Shown: positions 29,867 through 38,178 of the stretch, piece by piece
Numbering within the stretch: the stretch's first letter is position 1
How the letters are laid out: each line of letters starts with the position of its first letter
Origin: Candidatus Aminicenantia bacterium
GTDB lineage: Bacteria > Acidobacteriota > Aminicenantia > UBA2199
Direction: 5' to 3'
NCBI GenBank assembly: GCA_965225955.1
Contig: CBDDBX010000009.1
Location: forward strand, 68,880-132,879
Length of the DNA stretch: 64,000 bases
The notes under the pieces: generated by a model
Databases searched by the model: none
The model's input: only the letters and a program-made list of their open reading frames with translations
What the model was told of the DNA's origin: nothing
Position numbers and translations under genes: made by a program

Positions 29867-31167
29867 GAAGACTGAAATTAATATTTATCACCGCTGCGGT
29901 GATATTCAGTTTCACAGCACTATGGGCTTCTGTTAAAGGAGTTAAAGAGCTGAAGGTTAACCGGGGGTTAACAAAAGAGGCGGCAAAATGTATAGAGTGC
30001 CACTCAACTAAACAGCCGGGAATAGTTGCTGACTGGAAACAGAGCAGACATGGTCATGTAGGAGTTTCCTGCATAGATTGTCATAAGGTGGAGAAGGGTT
30101 CAAAGATGGCATCCCAGTTTTGTGAGGGGGTCAAAGGAACAGATACTTATCTCTCCTCTCTTGTTACTCCTGAAACCTGTGCCAAGTGCCACGCTCTTGA
30201 AGTTAAGCAGTTTAAAGCCAGTGGCCATTACAGAGCCAGGAAACAGTATGTAAATAAGAAAAATCTTAACGATCTTATTGCAGTTCACGAAGGGCAGAAT
30301 ATGCCGGAATTTGCAACTGCAGCAGAAGAGACTGGTTGCATGCAGTGTCATGGTTCTATTATTAAACTTGACAAGAATAATCGCCCGATAAAATCCACCT
30401 GGCCTACAGCAGGTATTGGTACAATGTATCCAAATGGTGATATTGGTAATTGTACCGTATGTCATACAAGACATACTTTCAGTATAGAAGAAGCAAGAAA
30501 ACCTGATGCGTGCTCTTCATGCCATCTGGGACCTGATCATCCAAATATTGAGATATTTGAAAACAGTAAGCATGGTCATATTTATAAGACCCAGGGGCAT
30601 AAATGGAACTACAGTAGTGCACCGGATGCCTGGGAACCTGGAGATTACAGAGCTCCAACCTGTGCTGTTTGCCACATGAGTGGAATTGGTGATCTTAAAA
30701 CCACTCACAATATTTCTGAAAGATTAAAATGGAATCTCTGGGCTAAAGAATCAAAGATACGTAATTCCAAAGACCCAATGAGTCCTCTTACAGGCAATGG
30801 AATTGAAGGTAGAAAAAAGATGGAACGTGTGTGTAGTAATTGTCATTCAACTCAACACACTAAAGGATTCTTCTCAGCAGCAGATAAGCATATCCGTCTC
30901 TATAATGAGGGGTACTGGAAACCTGCCAAAAAGATGCATGATGAGCTTAAGGCAAAGAACCTCCTTAAGAAAAACCCATGGGAAGATGAGTTCCAGAAAA
31001 TCTTCTATCATCTGTGGCATCACCAGGGAAGAAGAATGCGTCAGGGAGCTGCAATGGGAGCGCCTGATTACGCTCACTGGCATGGAGTCTTTGAATGTCA
31101 GCAGGATATTGCTGAGTTGAGACTGATTCATGCAAAACGTTTAAAAACAGGTAAAATAGAGCATTAA
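29863..31167 (+). CDS. Periplasmic octaheme c-type cytochrome, HAO/Otr-like (reductive type; candidate nitrite/hydroxylamine/NO reductase)
   Basis: Signal peptide. 8 CxxCH motifs (CIECH, CIDCH, CAKCH, CMQCH, CTVCH, CSSCH, CAVCH, CSNCH). Overlapping start, consistent with translational coupling to the NrfH-like gene. Confidence 0.6.
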   Translation: MRRLKLIFITAAVIFSFTALWASVKGVKELKVNRGLTKEAAKCIECHSTKQPGIVADWKQSRHGHVGVSCIDCHKVEKGSKMASQFCEGVKGTDTYLSSLVTPETCAKCHALEVKQFKASGHYRARKQYVNKKNLNDLIAVHEGQNMPEFATAAEETGCMQCHGSIIKLDKNNRPIKSTWPTAGIGTMYPNGDIGNCTVCHTRHTFSIEEARKPDACSSCHLGPDHPNIEIFENSKHGHIYKTQGHKWNYSSAPDAWEPGDYRAPTCAVCHMSGIGDLKTTHNISERLKWNLWAKESKIRNSKDPMSPLTGNGIEGRKKMERVCSNCHSTQHTKGFFSAADKHIRLYNEGYWKPAKKMHDELKAKNLLKKNPWEDEFQKIFYHLWHHQGRRMRQGAAMGAPDYAHWHGVFECQQDIAELRLIHAKRLKTGKIEH

Positions 31168-31179
31168 CAGAATATAAAC

Positions 31180-31199
31180 AGGAGCCGGTAACGGCTCCT
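31180..31199 (+). terminator. Intrinsic terminator after the octaheme cytochrome gene
   Basis: aggagccg-gtaa-cggctcct hairpin. Confidence 0.45.
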
Positions 31200-31220
31200 G
31201 AATGTTTGGGTAAGGGGTGA

Positions 31221-31631
31221 TTCATAGTTGCTGACAAGGGAAAAACAGTTGTCTATGATGGATACTGCAATCTTTGTAGTGGCCTGATAAACATCATCTA
31301 TCAGAAAGCAGTAACAAAAGGTATTGTTTTCGTTCCTTCCGATTCAGAAGAGGGACTGGCTATATTGAGCCGACATAAAATAACTACTGTAAATATAGAA
31401 ATTATCTACATTTCTGACAATAAAGTTCTCAGCGGAGCTGAAGCTGCGCTGCGTATAGCTGAAGATACTGGTGGTATACTGAAATTTTTTGCTGTTTTCA
31501 GGATATTTCCTTTAAAACTCAGAGAGTATATATATCGCTTTATTGCAGAGAGAAGATACCGGATTGCCGGAAAAAGAGATTCCTGTTATATGGTAGTAGA
31601 TAAAAAAGAAAAGAGTAAAGACAAAACTTAA
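31221..31631 (+). CDS. DCC-family (DUF393) thiol-disulfide oxidoreductase; no canonical start codon is available
   Basis: The in-frame sequence after the TGA at 31218 reads FIVADKGKTVVYDGYCNLCSGLINIIYQK..., a conserved DCC N-terminus with a CxxC motif. The first ATG/GTG/TTG (31365) lies downstream of that motif. ATA at 31224 is the only start-like codon. Confidence 0.5.
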   Translation, partial: FIVADKGKTVVYDGYCNLCSGLINIIYQKAVTKGIVFVPSDSEEGLAILSRHKITTVNIEIIYISDNKVLSGAEAALRIAEDTGGILKFFAVFRIFPLKLREYIYRFIAERRYRIAGKRDSCYMVVDKKEKSKDKT

Positions 31632-31676
31632 TCTCCTTATGCTAAGATAGTGGCATATTTTGAAACAGGAGTAGTT

Positions 31677-32234
31677 ATGAAGAGGATTTGTCTTTTATTT
31701 ATACTGATAGTATGTCTGGGGAATGTCATAAAATCTGAAGTACCTGCCGGAAGATTTGTTCTGGAAGGAAGTGTTGGTTATTTTCAGCCAGCCAGTAATA
31801 CATTGAAAGATATCTACAGTAACAGAATTTTTCTTGAATTTGCAGCTGAGTATGTAATTGATTCGAAGTTATCTGTATGGGGGAGTGCTGCATTATATAG
31901 CGGAAATGGTGAATTAACTTTTACAAAAGATAAAACGGAAATAAGTATTGTTCCTCTTATTGCAGGAATAAAATATAAGTTGCCTTTCATAGTTAAAGGG
32001 ATGTATGTTGGTGCAGGAGCAGGTTTTTTCTCATTCAGGGAGAAGAATTTTCTGGGAACAGCTACATCTTTCAGTCCGGGAGTACAGGTCAAAGCTGGAG
32101 TAATGCTCCCCTTGTCAGGGGTTCTGGGACTGGATATTCAGGGACGATATGATTTTTGTACCACTGAGCCTGAAGATATAAAGGTGAAAGTTGGTGGCTT
32201 TAAAACATCAGCCGGACTATTTGTTCATCTATAG
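31677..32234 (+). CDS. Outer-membrane beta-barrel protein (OmpA-like/OmpW-like porin family)
   Basis: AGGAG RBS before MKRICLLFILIVCLG (signal peptide). Alternating amphipathic beta-strands. C-terminal '...GLFVHL' aromatic end. Confidence 0.55.
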   Translation: MKRICLLFILIVCLGNVIKSEVPAGRFVLEGSVGYFQPASNTLKDIYSNRIFLEFAAEYVIDSKLSVWGSAALYSGNGELTFTKDKTEISIVPLIAGIKYKLPFIVKGMYVGAGAGFFSFREKNFLGTATSFSPGVQVKAGVMLPLSGVLGLDIQGRYDFCTTEPEDIKVKVGGFKTSAGLFVHL

Positions 32235-32243
32235 GAGAGGATA

Positions 32244-33812
32244 ATGAAAAAGAAGCTAATATTAACCGGATTAATTATTCTTACTATGACCCTGGGTTCT
32301 GTTGTAATGGCTGACGATTACCTTAAAAAGGTAAAGCCTTTAAAGTGGATGGGGGAAAAATCTCCTGATACTTATGATCAGTATAAAAAAAGAAAAAGAA
32401 TCATGCCTTTTTATATAGAATCGGTTCCCATTGAAGCGAAAGGGAAGAAGGATTCTATGGGAAAGATAATTGTTATGGTTCAGAAAGAACTTTATGGGGA
32501 ACTTTCTGAATATATCAGCAGGTATCTGGGGCATATTGTTTCGGGGGGCTACAGCTCTGAATTGTATCTGGTACAGGGGGGAGTTGCTGAAGATCTTAAA
32601 AAATTCCTGATAGATTCCGGGAGCTCTCTCAGAGGATGCGTTATGATTGGTGAGTTTCCAATAGCGTGGTATGAAGTGGAAAATGATTATGATGAACATG
32701 GAAAGGCAGAATTTCCCTGTGATCTTTTTTTTATGGATCTGGATGGTAACTGGAAAGATAGCGATAATAACGGTCGCTATGATGAACACAGCAATGGTGC
32801 AGGTAATATGCTGCCTGAGATTTTTATTGCACGTATTGATACTACAGGAATGGCTGGAAATGAGGTTAGCTTACTGAAAAACTTCTTTGATAAAAACCAT
32901 AAATTCTGGAAAGGAGATGTAAGTTTCAGTAACAGAGGACTCACTTATACTGATGATGACTGGGTGGATTTTACTGATATAACCGGAGGCATTGTAAGTC
33001 TTTATCCTGATACAGCAGATAGGATAAAAGCTCCCTCTACTCACAGGGATGACTATTATAACAGGCGCCTTGATAATCCGGTGTATTACCTTACCCAGCT
33101 GGCATGCCATTCCGGTCCGGAAACTCACTATTTTGAGAGAGGAGGGACACTGGGATACGAAAGTGTCGTAAATTCATCTCCAGGTGCTCTTGTTTACAAT
33201 CTGTTCTGCTGTAGTGCTTTAAGATATAGTAATGGTAAATGTCTTGGAAAGGCATATCTATATAATGAAGGAAAAGGGCTTGCAGTGGTTGGAAGTACCA
33301 AAACAGGCAGTATGCTGAAGTTCAGATACTTTTATGAAAAACTTGGAAAAGGTGATTCCGTTGGAGCAGCCTTTCTGCACTGGTTCAGAAGTATAGGGGA
33401 CTATGATATATGGGATGTTTACTGGCATTACGGCATGACAATTCTTGGAGATCCTATGGTATTTCCTGATAGAAAGCCTGACATGTCATCCAGTGGAGTT
33501 AAAGCTCCTGCTGAATTTAAAGGCAGAAGAGTTCTTAACAGATCTCTGGCTATTAAAGAGTATATTAATATACTTGAGTGGAAGAAGCCTGTGGAAATGG
33601 ATGAATCAGAGATAGAAGGTTTTACAATCTGGTTTACTGTAAACAATGAAGAGAAGTTGATAAAACTTATCGACACAGAGGCTTCTGCTACAGGTTATAT
33701 GCATAGAAAAACAGAAGGTAATAATATTTATCACTACTATATAAAGACCAGAGATAAGCAAGGTAATGAGAGTATTTCAGCAGAGGTAACCCTGCAGGAA
33801 TATGTAGATTAG
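32244..33812 (+). CDS. Secreted putative clan-CD cysteine peptidase (C25 gingipain-like/C11-like) with a C-terminal Ig/FN3-like domain
   Basis: Signal peptide. Candidate His ('LTQLACHSG') and Cys ('VYNLFCCSAL') sites, each after a hydrophobic strand as in clan CD. C-terminal beta-rich domain. Confidence 0.35.
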   Translation: MKKKLILTGLIILTMTLGSVVMADDYLKKVKPLKWMGEKSPDTYDQYKKRKRIMPFYIESVPIEAKGKKDSMGKIIVMVQKELYGELSEYISRYLGHIVSGGYSSELYLVQGGVAEDLKKFLIDSGSSLRGCVMIGEFPIAWYEVENDYDEHGKAEFPCDLFFMDLDGNWKDSDNNGRYDEHSNGAGNMLPEIFIARIDTTGMAGNEVSLLKNFFDKNHKFWKGDVSFSNRGLTYTDDDWVDFTDITGGIVSLYPDTADRIKAPSTHRDDYYNRRLDNPVYYLTQLACHSGPETHYFERGGTLGYESVVNSSPGALVYNLFCCSALRYSNGKCLGKAYLYNEGKGLAVVGSTKTGSMLKFRYFYEKLGKGDSVGAAFLHWFRSIGDYDIWDVYWHYGMTILGDPMVFPDRKPDMSSSGVKAPAEFKGRRVLNRSLAIKEYINILEWKKPVEMDESEIEGFTIWFTVNNEEKLIKLIDTEASATGYMHRKTEGNNIYHYYIKTRDKQGNESISAEVTLQEYVD

Positions 33813-33844
33813 CATTTTTCTGTTTTTTTTTGTGGAACTATTTC

Positions 33845-33859
33845 TACTGAAAATCAGTA
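33845..33859 (+). promoter_or_regulatory. Perfect 6-3-6 palindrome TACTGA-aaa-TCAGTA; candidate operator of PadR-2
   Basis: 20 bp upstream of the PadR-2 start. Same 6-3-6 architecture as the module 1 palindrome but a different sequence. Confidence 0.4.
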
Positions 33860-33878
33860 TATATGATTGGAGGTTTAA

Positions 33879-34214
33879 ATGGTACAAGTACTTACACTTT
33901 CTGAATCGATAATACTACTGACTATTCATAAGTTACAGCAAGAGGCTTATGGAGTAAAAATCAGACGATCAATAGAAGAAAATACAGGAATAGAATACTC
34001 TTACGGAGCTCTCTACAGCTCTCTGGAGCAGCTTACCAGGAAAGGGTATGCTGATAAAAAGGACGGAGATCCTACACCTGAGCGCGGAGGTCGCAGGAAA
34101 TCCTTTTATACAGTTACTTCTGATGGCATAAAAGCTCTTGAAGCAGCCAGAGAGCTCAACAAAACAATCTGGAAAGATTTCTCATCTGTCAGAGCTGAAG
34201 GAGAGGAAGCATGA
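33879..34214 (+). CDS. PadR-family transcriptional regulator (module 2)
   Basis: 111 aa with a 'YGVKIRRSIEENTG...GALYSSLEQLTRKGY' motif. Confidence 0.8.
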   Translation: MVQVLTLSESIILLTIHKLQQEAYGVKIRRSIEENTGIEYSYGALYSSLEQLTRKGYADKKDGDPTPERGGRRKSFYTVTSDGIKALEAARELNKTIWKDFSSVRAEGEEA

Positions 34215-36769
34215 AGAACTTTTTTATTAAATTCCTTTCAAAAGAGAGCTTTGATGATCTTGCGGGAGATATTGCTGAAGAGTATAACCTTGTAAAAAAG
34301 GAGAGAGGAGCTGTACAGGGAATAGTGTGGCTTATGAAACAGCTTTTTACTACTTTAATTTCTCTTCTGAAATCAGAGGCAGGATGGCGATCAGGGCTTT
34401 TCAGGAGTTTTCTGAAATCAGCTTTCAGAACTCTTCTGAGACAGAAAGCATACTCTTTTGTAAATATAACAGGCCTTGCACTTGGTATATGTGCTGTTAT
34501 TCTGATTATGGTCTATATTGGCTATGAATACAGTTATGAAAATATTCATGAAAAGAGAGAGTCAATCTACAGAATATGTATAAAAACATATAAAGGTGAG
34601 AGGCATATGGGGGATTCAACTTACTATCCTCCTCCCCTTGGAGAAGAGATGACACGGGTTGCTCCTGAAGTGAAGGATTTTGCAACTATGAGTGGAGAGA
34701 AGAAGAGGCATGTGGTTGTTGGTAAGAGGGGATTCATGGTTGATGGGATCAGATATACAACTTCGGGTATTCTAAGAGTTTTCTCTTTTGGTCTCAAAAA
34801 TGGAGTTTATCCGGTTGATTTTGATAAACCCTTTAAGGTGATTCTAACCAGAAGCCTTGAAAAAAGATTGTTTGGAGATGAAACTTCTATTGGTAAATTA
34901 ATAGGTATAAATGGAACGGGTAACTATCAGGTTGTATCTGTAATAGATGACCCTCCCGGGAATTCTCACCTTAAATTTGAGATGCTGGTCTCCTTTTCAT
35001 CACTGGCAAAAGATAGAAACATCTATATACATAAGAATCCCGCCTCTTATCTTGGCTGGAATGGGGGACACCAGTATGTGTCTTACCTGCAGCTGCGAAA
35101 AGGTAGTTCTGCAGAAGCTGTTCAGAAGAGAGCACAGAGTATTGCAGATGATAAGGTAAACAGATCAAGTGGCCCCTGGTATATTAAACCTGTGCTGCAG
35201 AAACTTGGGGATATTCACCTTCATCATACATCGCCGGTGATTATGAGAAATATTAAGATATTCTCTCTGATTGCTGTTTTCATACTCCTGATAGCCTGTA
35301 TAAATTTTGTTAATATGAGTACTGTCGGTGCTGTTAAAAGAGCAAAAGAGATTGGTGTGAGAAAAGTAATGGGAGCAGAGCGGCAGGGACTTATTAAACA
35401 GTTTCTTACAGAATCTTCAGTTCTGAGTAGTGCTGGATTTGCCGGAGGATTTATACTGGCATCTCTTGTAGGAGGGAGATTTTTCAGTCTCCTGGGAAGA
35501 GAACTGGATTTCTGGGGAGCAGTGCAGGTGCAGTATTTTGTACCAGGCATTCTGCTGGCTCTTACTGTAGGAGTTCTGGCAGGGTTATATCCTGCGTTTT
35601 ATCTGTCTTCATGCAGTATAGATGGTAACTTTAAGAAAGGAGCCAGAAAGGGGAAGTTCTTCAGAAACGGGCTTGTGATACTTCAGTTTGCCATATCTAT
35701 CGTTTTGATTGCAGCCACAATACTTGTAAACGGACAGATAAAGTTTATGAAAAACAGAGATCTGGGGTTTCAGAAGGAAAATATGCTCTATCTTCCTTTG
35801 TCCAGCAGAAACGCAGCTGTGAAATCCCATATAATAAAGAAGAAGATAATGGAAATTCCTGGCATAAAAGCCGTTGGTGGAGTTTCACAGCTACCTGGTA
35901 AAGGTTTTACAATGAATGGCTACCGGCCTCAGGGAAAAGATGAGTTTATGATGATAAATGTTGTGGATGTAGACTCAGATTTCTTCAGACTTTTTGGGAT
36001 AACTGTTAAAGATGGAAGAGGATTTCTGCCTGATAATAGTGGGGACATGAACAGGTATGTTGTTAATGAAAAGTTTGCCGATGTAATGGGATGGAGCAGA
36101 GCCACGGGAAAGAGAGTGGAGAGAAACGGTATCCATGAAATTATCGGAGTTGTTAAGGATTTCAGTTTTGATAAAGGATATAAGGATATTGCTCCGCTTA
36201 TTATTACAGCCAGACCATGGGATGGTAAATTTAACTATCTTGTTTTTCGGACATCCGGGAATATAGATGGTGCTGAGTTACTTAACAGAGTTGAAGCGGT
36301 GTGGAGAGATACAGCTCCGCTTACTCCTTTTGAGCCTGGGTTTCTGGAAGATGATATCGATAATCTTTATAGAAGTGAGGAGCGCTTTGAAGGCCTCTTT
36401 TTCTGGTTTTCCTGTATTGCATTGGGGATAGCTTTACTGGGAGTAATAAGTCTGGCTTCCTATTCTGTAGAACAGAGGCTCAGGGAAATTGGTGTCAGGA
36501 AGGTTCTTGGAGCTTCCGGTATGTCAATATTCGGAATGTTTTCCCTGGAGTTTGTGATACTTATTACTGTAGGTAATGTTCTGGCCCTTCCAATTGTATG
36601 GTATTGGGGGAACCTGTGGCTTGAAAATTTTGTGCACAGAATATCAGTTACTCCGGATATTTTTCTTCTCTCCCTTTTTATAAGTGTATTTATGGGAGTT
36701 CTGGTAGTATCTTTTCAGATAATAAGAGGTGTAAATTCCAACCCTGTAGAAGTGTTGAAATGTGATTAA
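34211..36769 (+). CDS. Orphan duplicated-FtsX permease (ADOP/MacB-like) with an N-terminal prefix domain (module 2)
   Basis: 852 aa with two FtsX blocks. Start overlaps the PadR stop (ATGA). Confidence 0.75.
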   Translation: MKNFFIKFLSKESFDDLAGDIAEEYNLVKKERGAVQGIVWLMKQLFTTLISLLKSEAGWRSGLFRSFLKSAFRTLLRQKAYSFVNITGLALGICAVILIMVYIGYEYSYENIHEKRESIYRICIKTYKGERHMGDSTYYPPPLGEEMTRVAPEVKDFATMSGEKKRHVVVGKRGFMVDGIRYTTSGILRVFSFGLKNGVYPVDFDKPFKVILTRSLEKRLFGDETSIGKLIGINGTGNYQVVSVIDDPPGNSHLKFEMLVSFSSLAKDRNIYIHKNPASYLGWNGGHQYVSYLQLRKGSSAEAVQKRAQSIADDKVNRSSGPWYIKPVLQKLGDIHLHHTSPVIMRNIKIFSLIAVFILLIACINFVNMSTVGAVKRAKEIGVRKVMGAERQGLIKQFLTESSVLSSAGFAGGFILASLVGGRFFSLLGRELDFWGAVQVQYFVPGILLALTVGVLAGLYPAFYLSSCSIDGNFKKGARKGKFFRNGLVILQFAISIVLIAATILVNGQIKFMKNRDLGFQKENMLYLPLSSRNAAVKSHIIKKKIMEIPGIKAVGGVSQLPGKGFTMNGYRPQGKDEFMMINVVDVDSDFFRLFGITVKDGRGFLPDNSGDMNRYVVNEKFADVMGWSRATGKRVERNGIHEIIGVVKDFSFDKGYKDIAPLIITARPWDGKFNYLVFRTSGNIDGAELLNRVEAVWRDTAPLTPFEPGFLEDDIDNLYRSEERFEGLFFWFSCIALGIALLGVISLASYSVEQRLREIGVRKVLGASGMSIFGMFSLEFVILITVGNVLALPIVWYWGNLWLENFVHRISVTPDIFLLSLFISVFMGVLVVSFQIIRGVNSNPVEVLKCD

Positions 36770-37329
36770 GGGAACTTTTTTTTGTCTGAAGTATTTTTTT
36801 TCATATATACAGTTGATTTTTGCCTTGAGATGTGTGATATATTAGAAATGACTTGCGATTATTTAATTGTAGGTGATGTGTATTTTTTCTGATATATACG
36901 CTTAAAGTTCTTTGAAATTTCTGAATATGCCGGATCTGCACTGTTTTACGTAGCCAATACAGACTGTTTTTAAATTAAGTTTGAAGTAGAATGAATTTTT
37001 GATTCGTTATTTTGAATTTGGCTGAAGTTTCTGTGTTTAAACAAAAAATTGAAGTTGTATTTTATGTTTTTGAATTATGTAAATTTTATTTTGCATGAGT
37101 TTAGTTTTAATTCTTTGTCTGATTGTGTTATCATGTTATGTTTGCTGGAAGTTAAGTTTTGCATAGTTTGAGATGAGTTAAAGAGGAAATGAATTTATTT
37201 TCTATGGAACTTGCTTCATTCCGAATCGTATCAGGTATATTCAGTAACGATTTTAGATTATGTTTCTGAATAAGAAAATAGTAATGTGTGACCCGAAAGG
37301 GGAGCCTCTTTTTTAACAATTCCAACAGA

Positions 37330-37364
37330 AACGGGAACAGAGGGCAATCTGTTCCCGTTTTTGA
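37330..37364 (+). terminator. Strong + strand intrinsic terminator at the end of a 750-bp AT-rich non-coding tract
   Basis: aacgggaacag-agggcaat-ctgttcccgtt hairpin followed by TTTTT. Confidence 0.6.
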
Positions 37365-37524
37365 TTATCACTGAATATTCTTCAATAATATTCACAGTTT
37401 GTCTTTTAATATAGCCTGATATAATCTTATTATCCGGTATTAATAGTATTTTTGAGTAGCCATTGCAAAATCCAGGGATATCCATATAAGGAAATTCCTG
37501 TATACTGTACTGAGGAGATTAATA

Positions 37525-37911
37525 ATGAAAATTGGTCATGTAGCATTATGGGTTAAGGATCTGGAGAAAATCAGAAATTTCTATGTTAAGTATTTTAACT
37601 GCTCATGTAATGCTAAATATATAAACAAGGAAAAAGGCTTCTCTTCATACTTCCTCTCTTTTAGTGAAGGCCCACGCATAGAAATAATGAACCGAACAGA
37701 TATTACGGAAGAAATATTTAGTGAAGTAATGGGTTACACCCATATAGCAATCATTCTTGAAAACCGGAGTAAAGTGGATATATTTACAGATAAGCTGAAA
37801 GCAGAAGGTGTGAAAATTGTTTCCAGTCCCAGGGTAACAGGAGACGGATATTATGAGAGTGTTATTGCAGATCCGGAAGGCAATCTTATTGAACTGGTAA
37901 GCGGGACTTAG
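37525..37911 (+). CDS. VOC-family (glyoxalase/bleomycin-resistance fold) protein
   Basis: 128 aa with an 'MKIGHVALWVKDLEKIRNFY' N-terminus. RBS GAGG upstream. Confidence 0.65.
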   Translation: MKIGHVALWVKDLEKIRNFYVKYFNCSCNAKYINKEKGFSSYFLSFSEGPRIEIMNRTDITEEIFSEVMGYTHIAIILENRSKVDIFTDKLKAEGVKIVSSPRVTGDGYYESVIADPEGNLIELVSGT

Positions 37912-38178
37912 TGATTCTGATCTTTTCTACAATATTCAGGAAAATCTGCCGGATCTATACCCCGTAGATATAGAAGGTGCATCAGGCTGTTTTTGTAGAT
38001 ATTATGCAAAACCCCTCTTTCAGCCATTTTAATGGAGAAGTAATAACCGGAGAGATGAGTATCTTTAGTGGTTGACCAGGGTTTTTATATTTTCTGATAA
38101 TATCTATATCTTCCTGGGGATATCGGAAAATCCACTACAGTTGATATGTTTATCATTGAGCCCCTCCTTTTACATCTC

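Noticed and set aside
37258-37485. 75-aa minus-strand ORF in the AT-rich tract
   Set aside because: It overlaps a strong + strand terminator hairpin and has skewed composition. No support.
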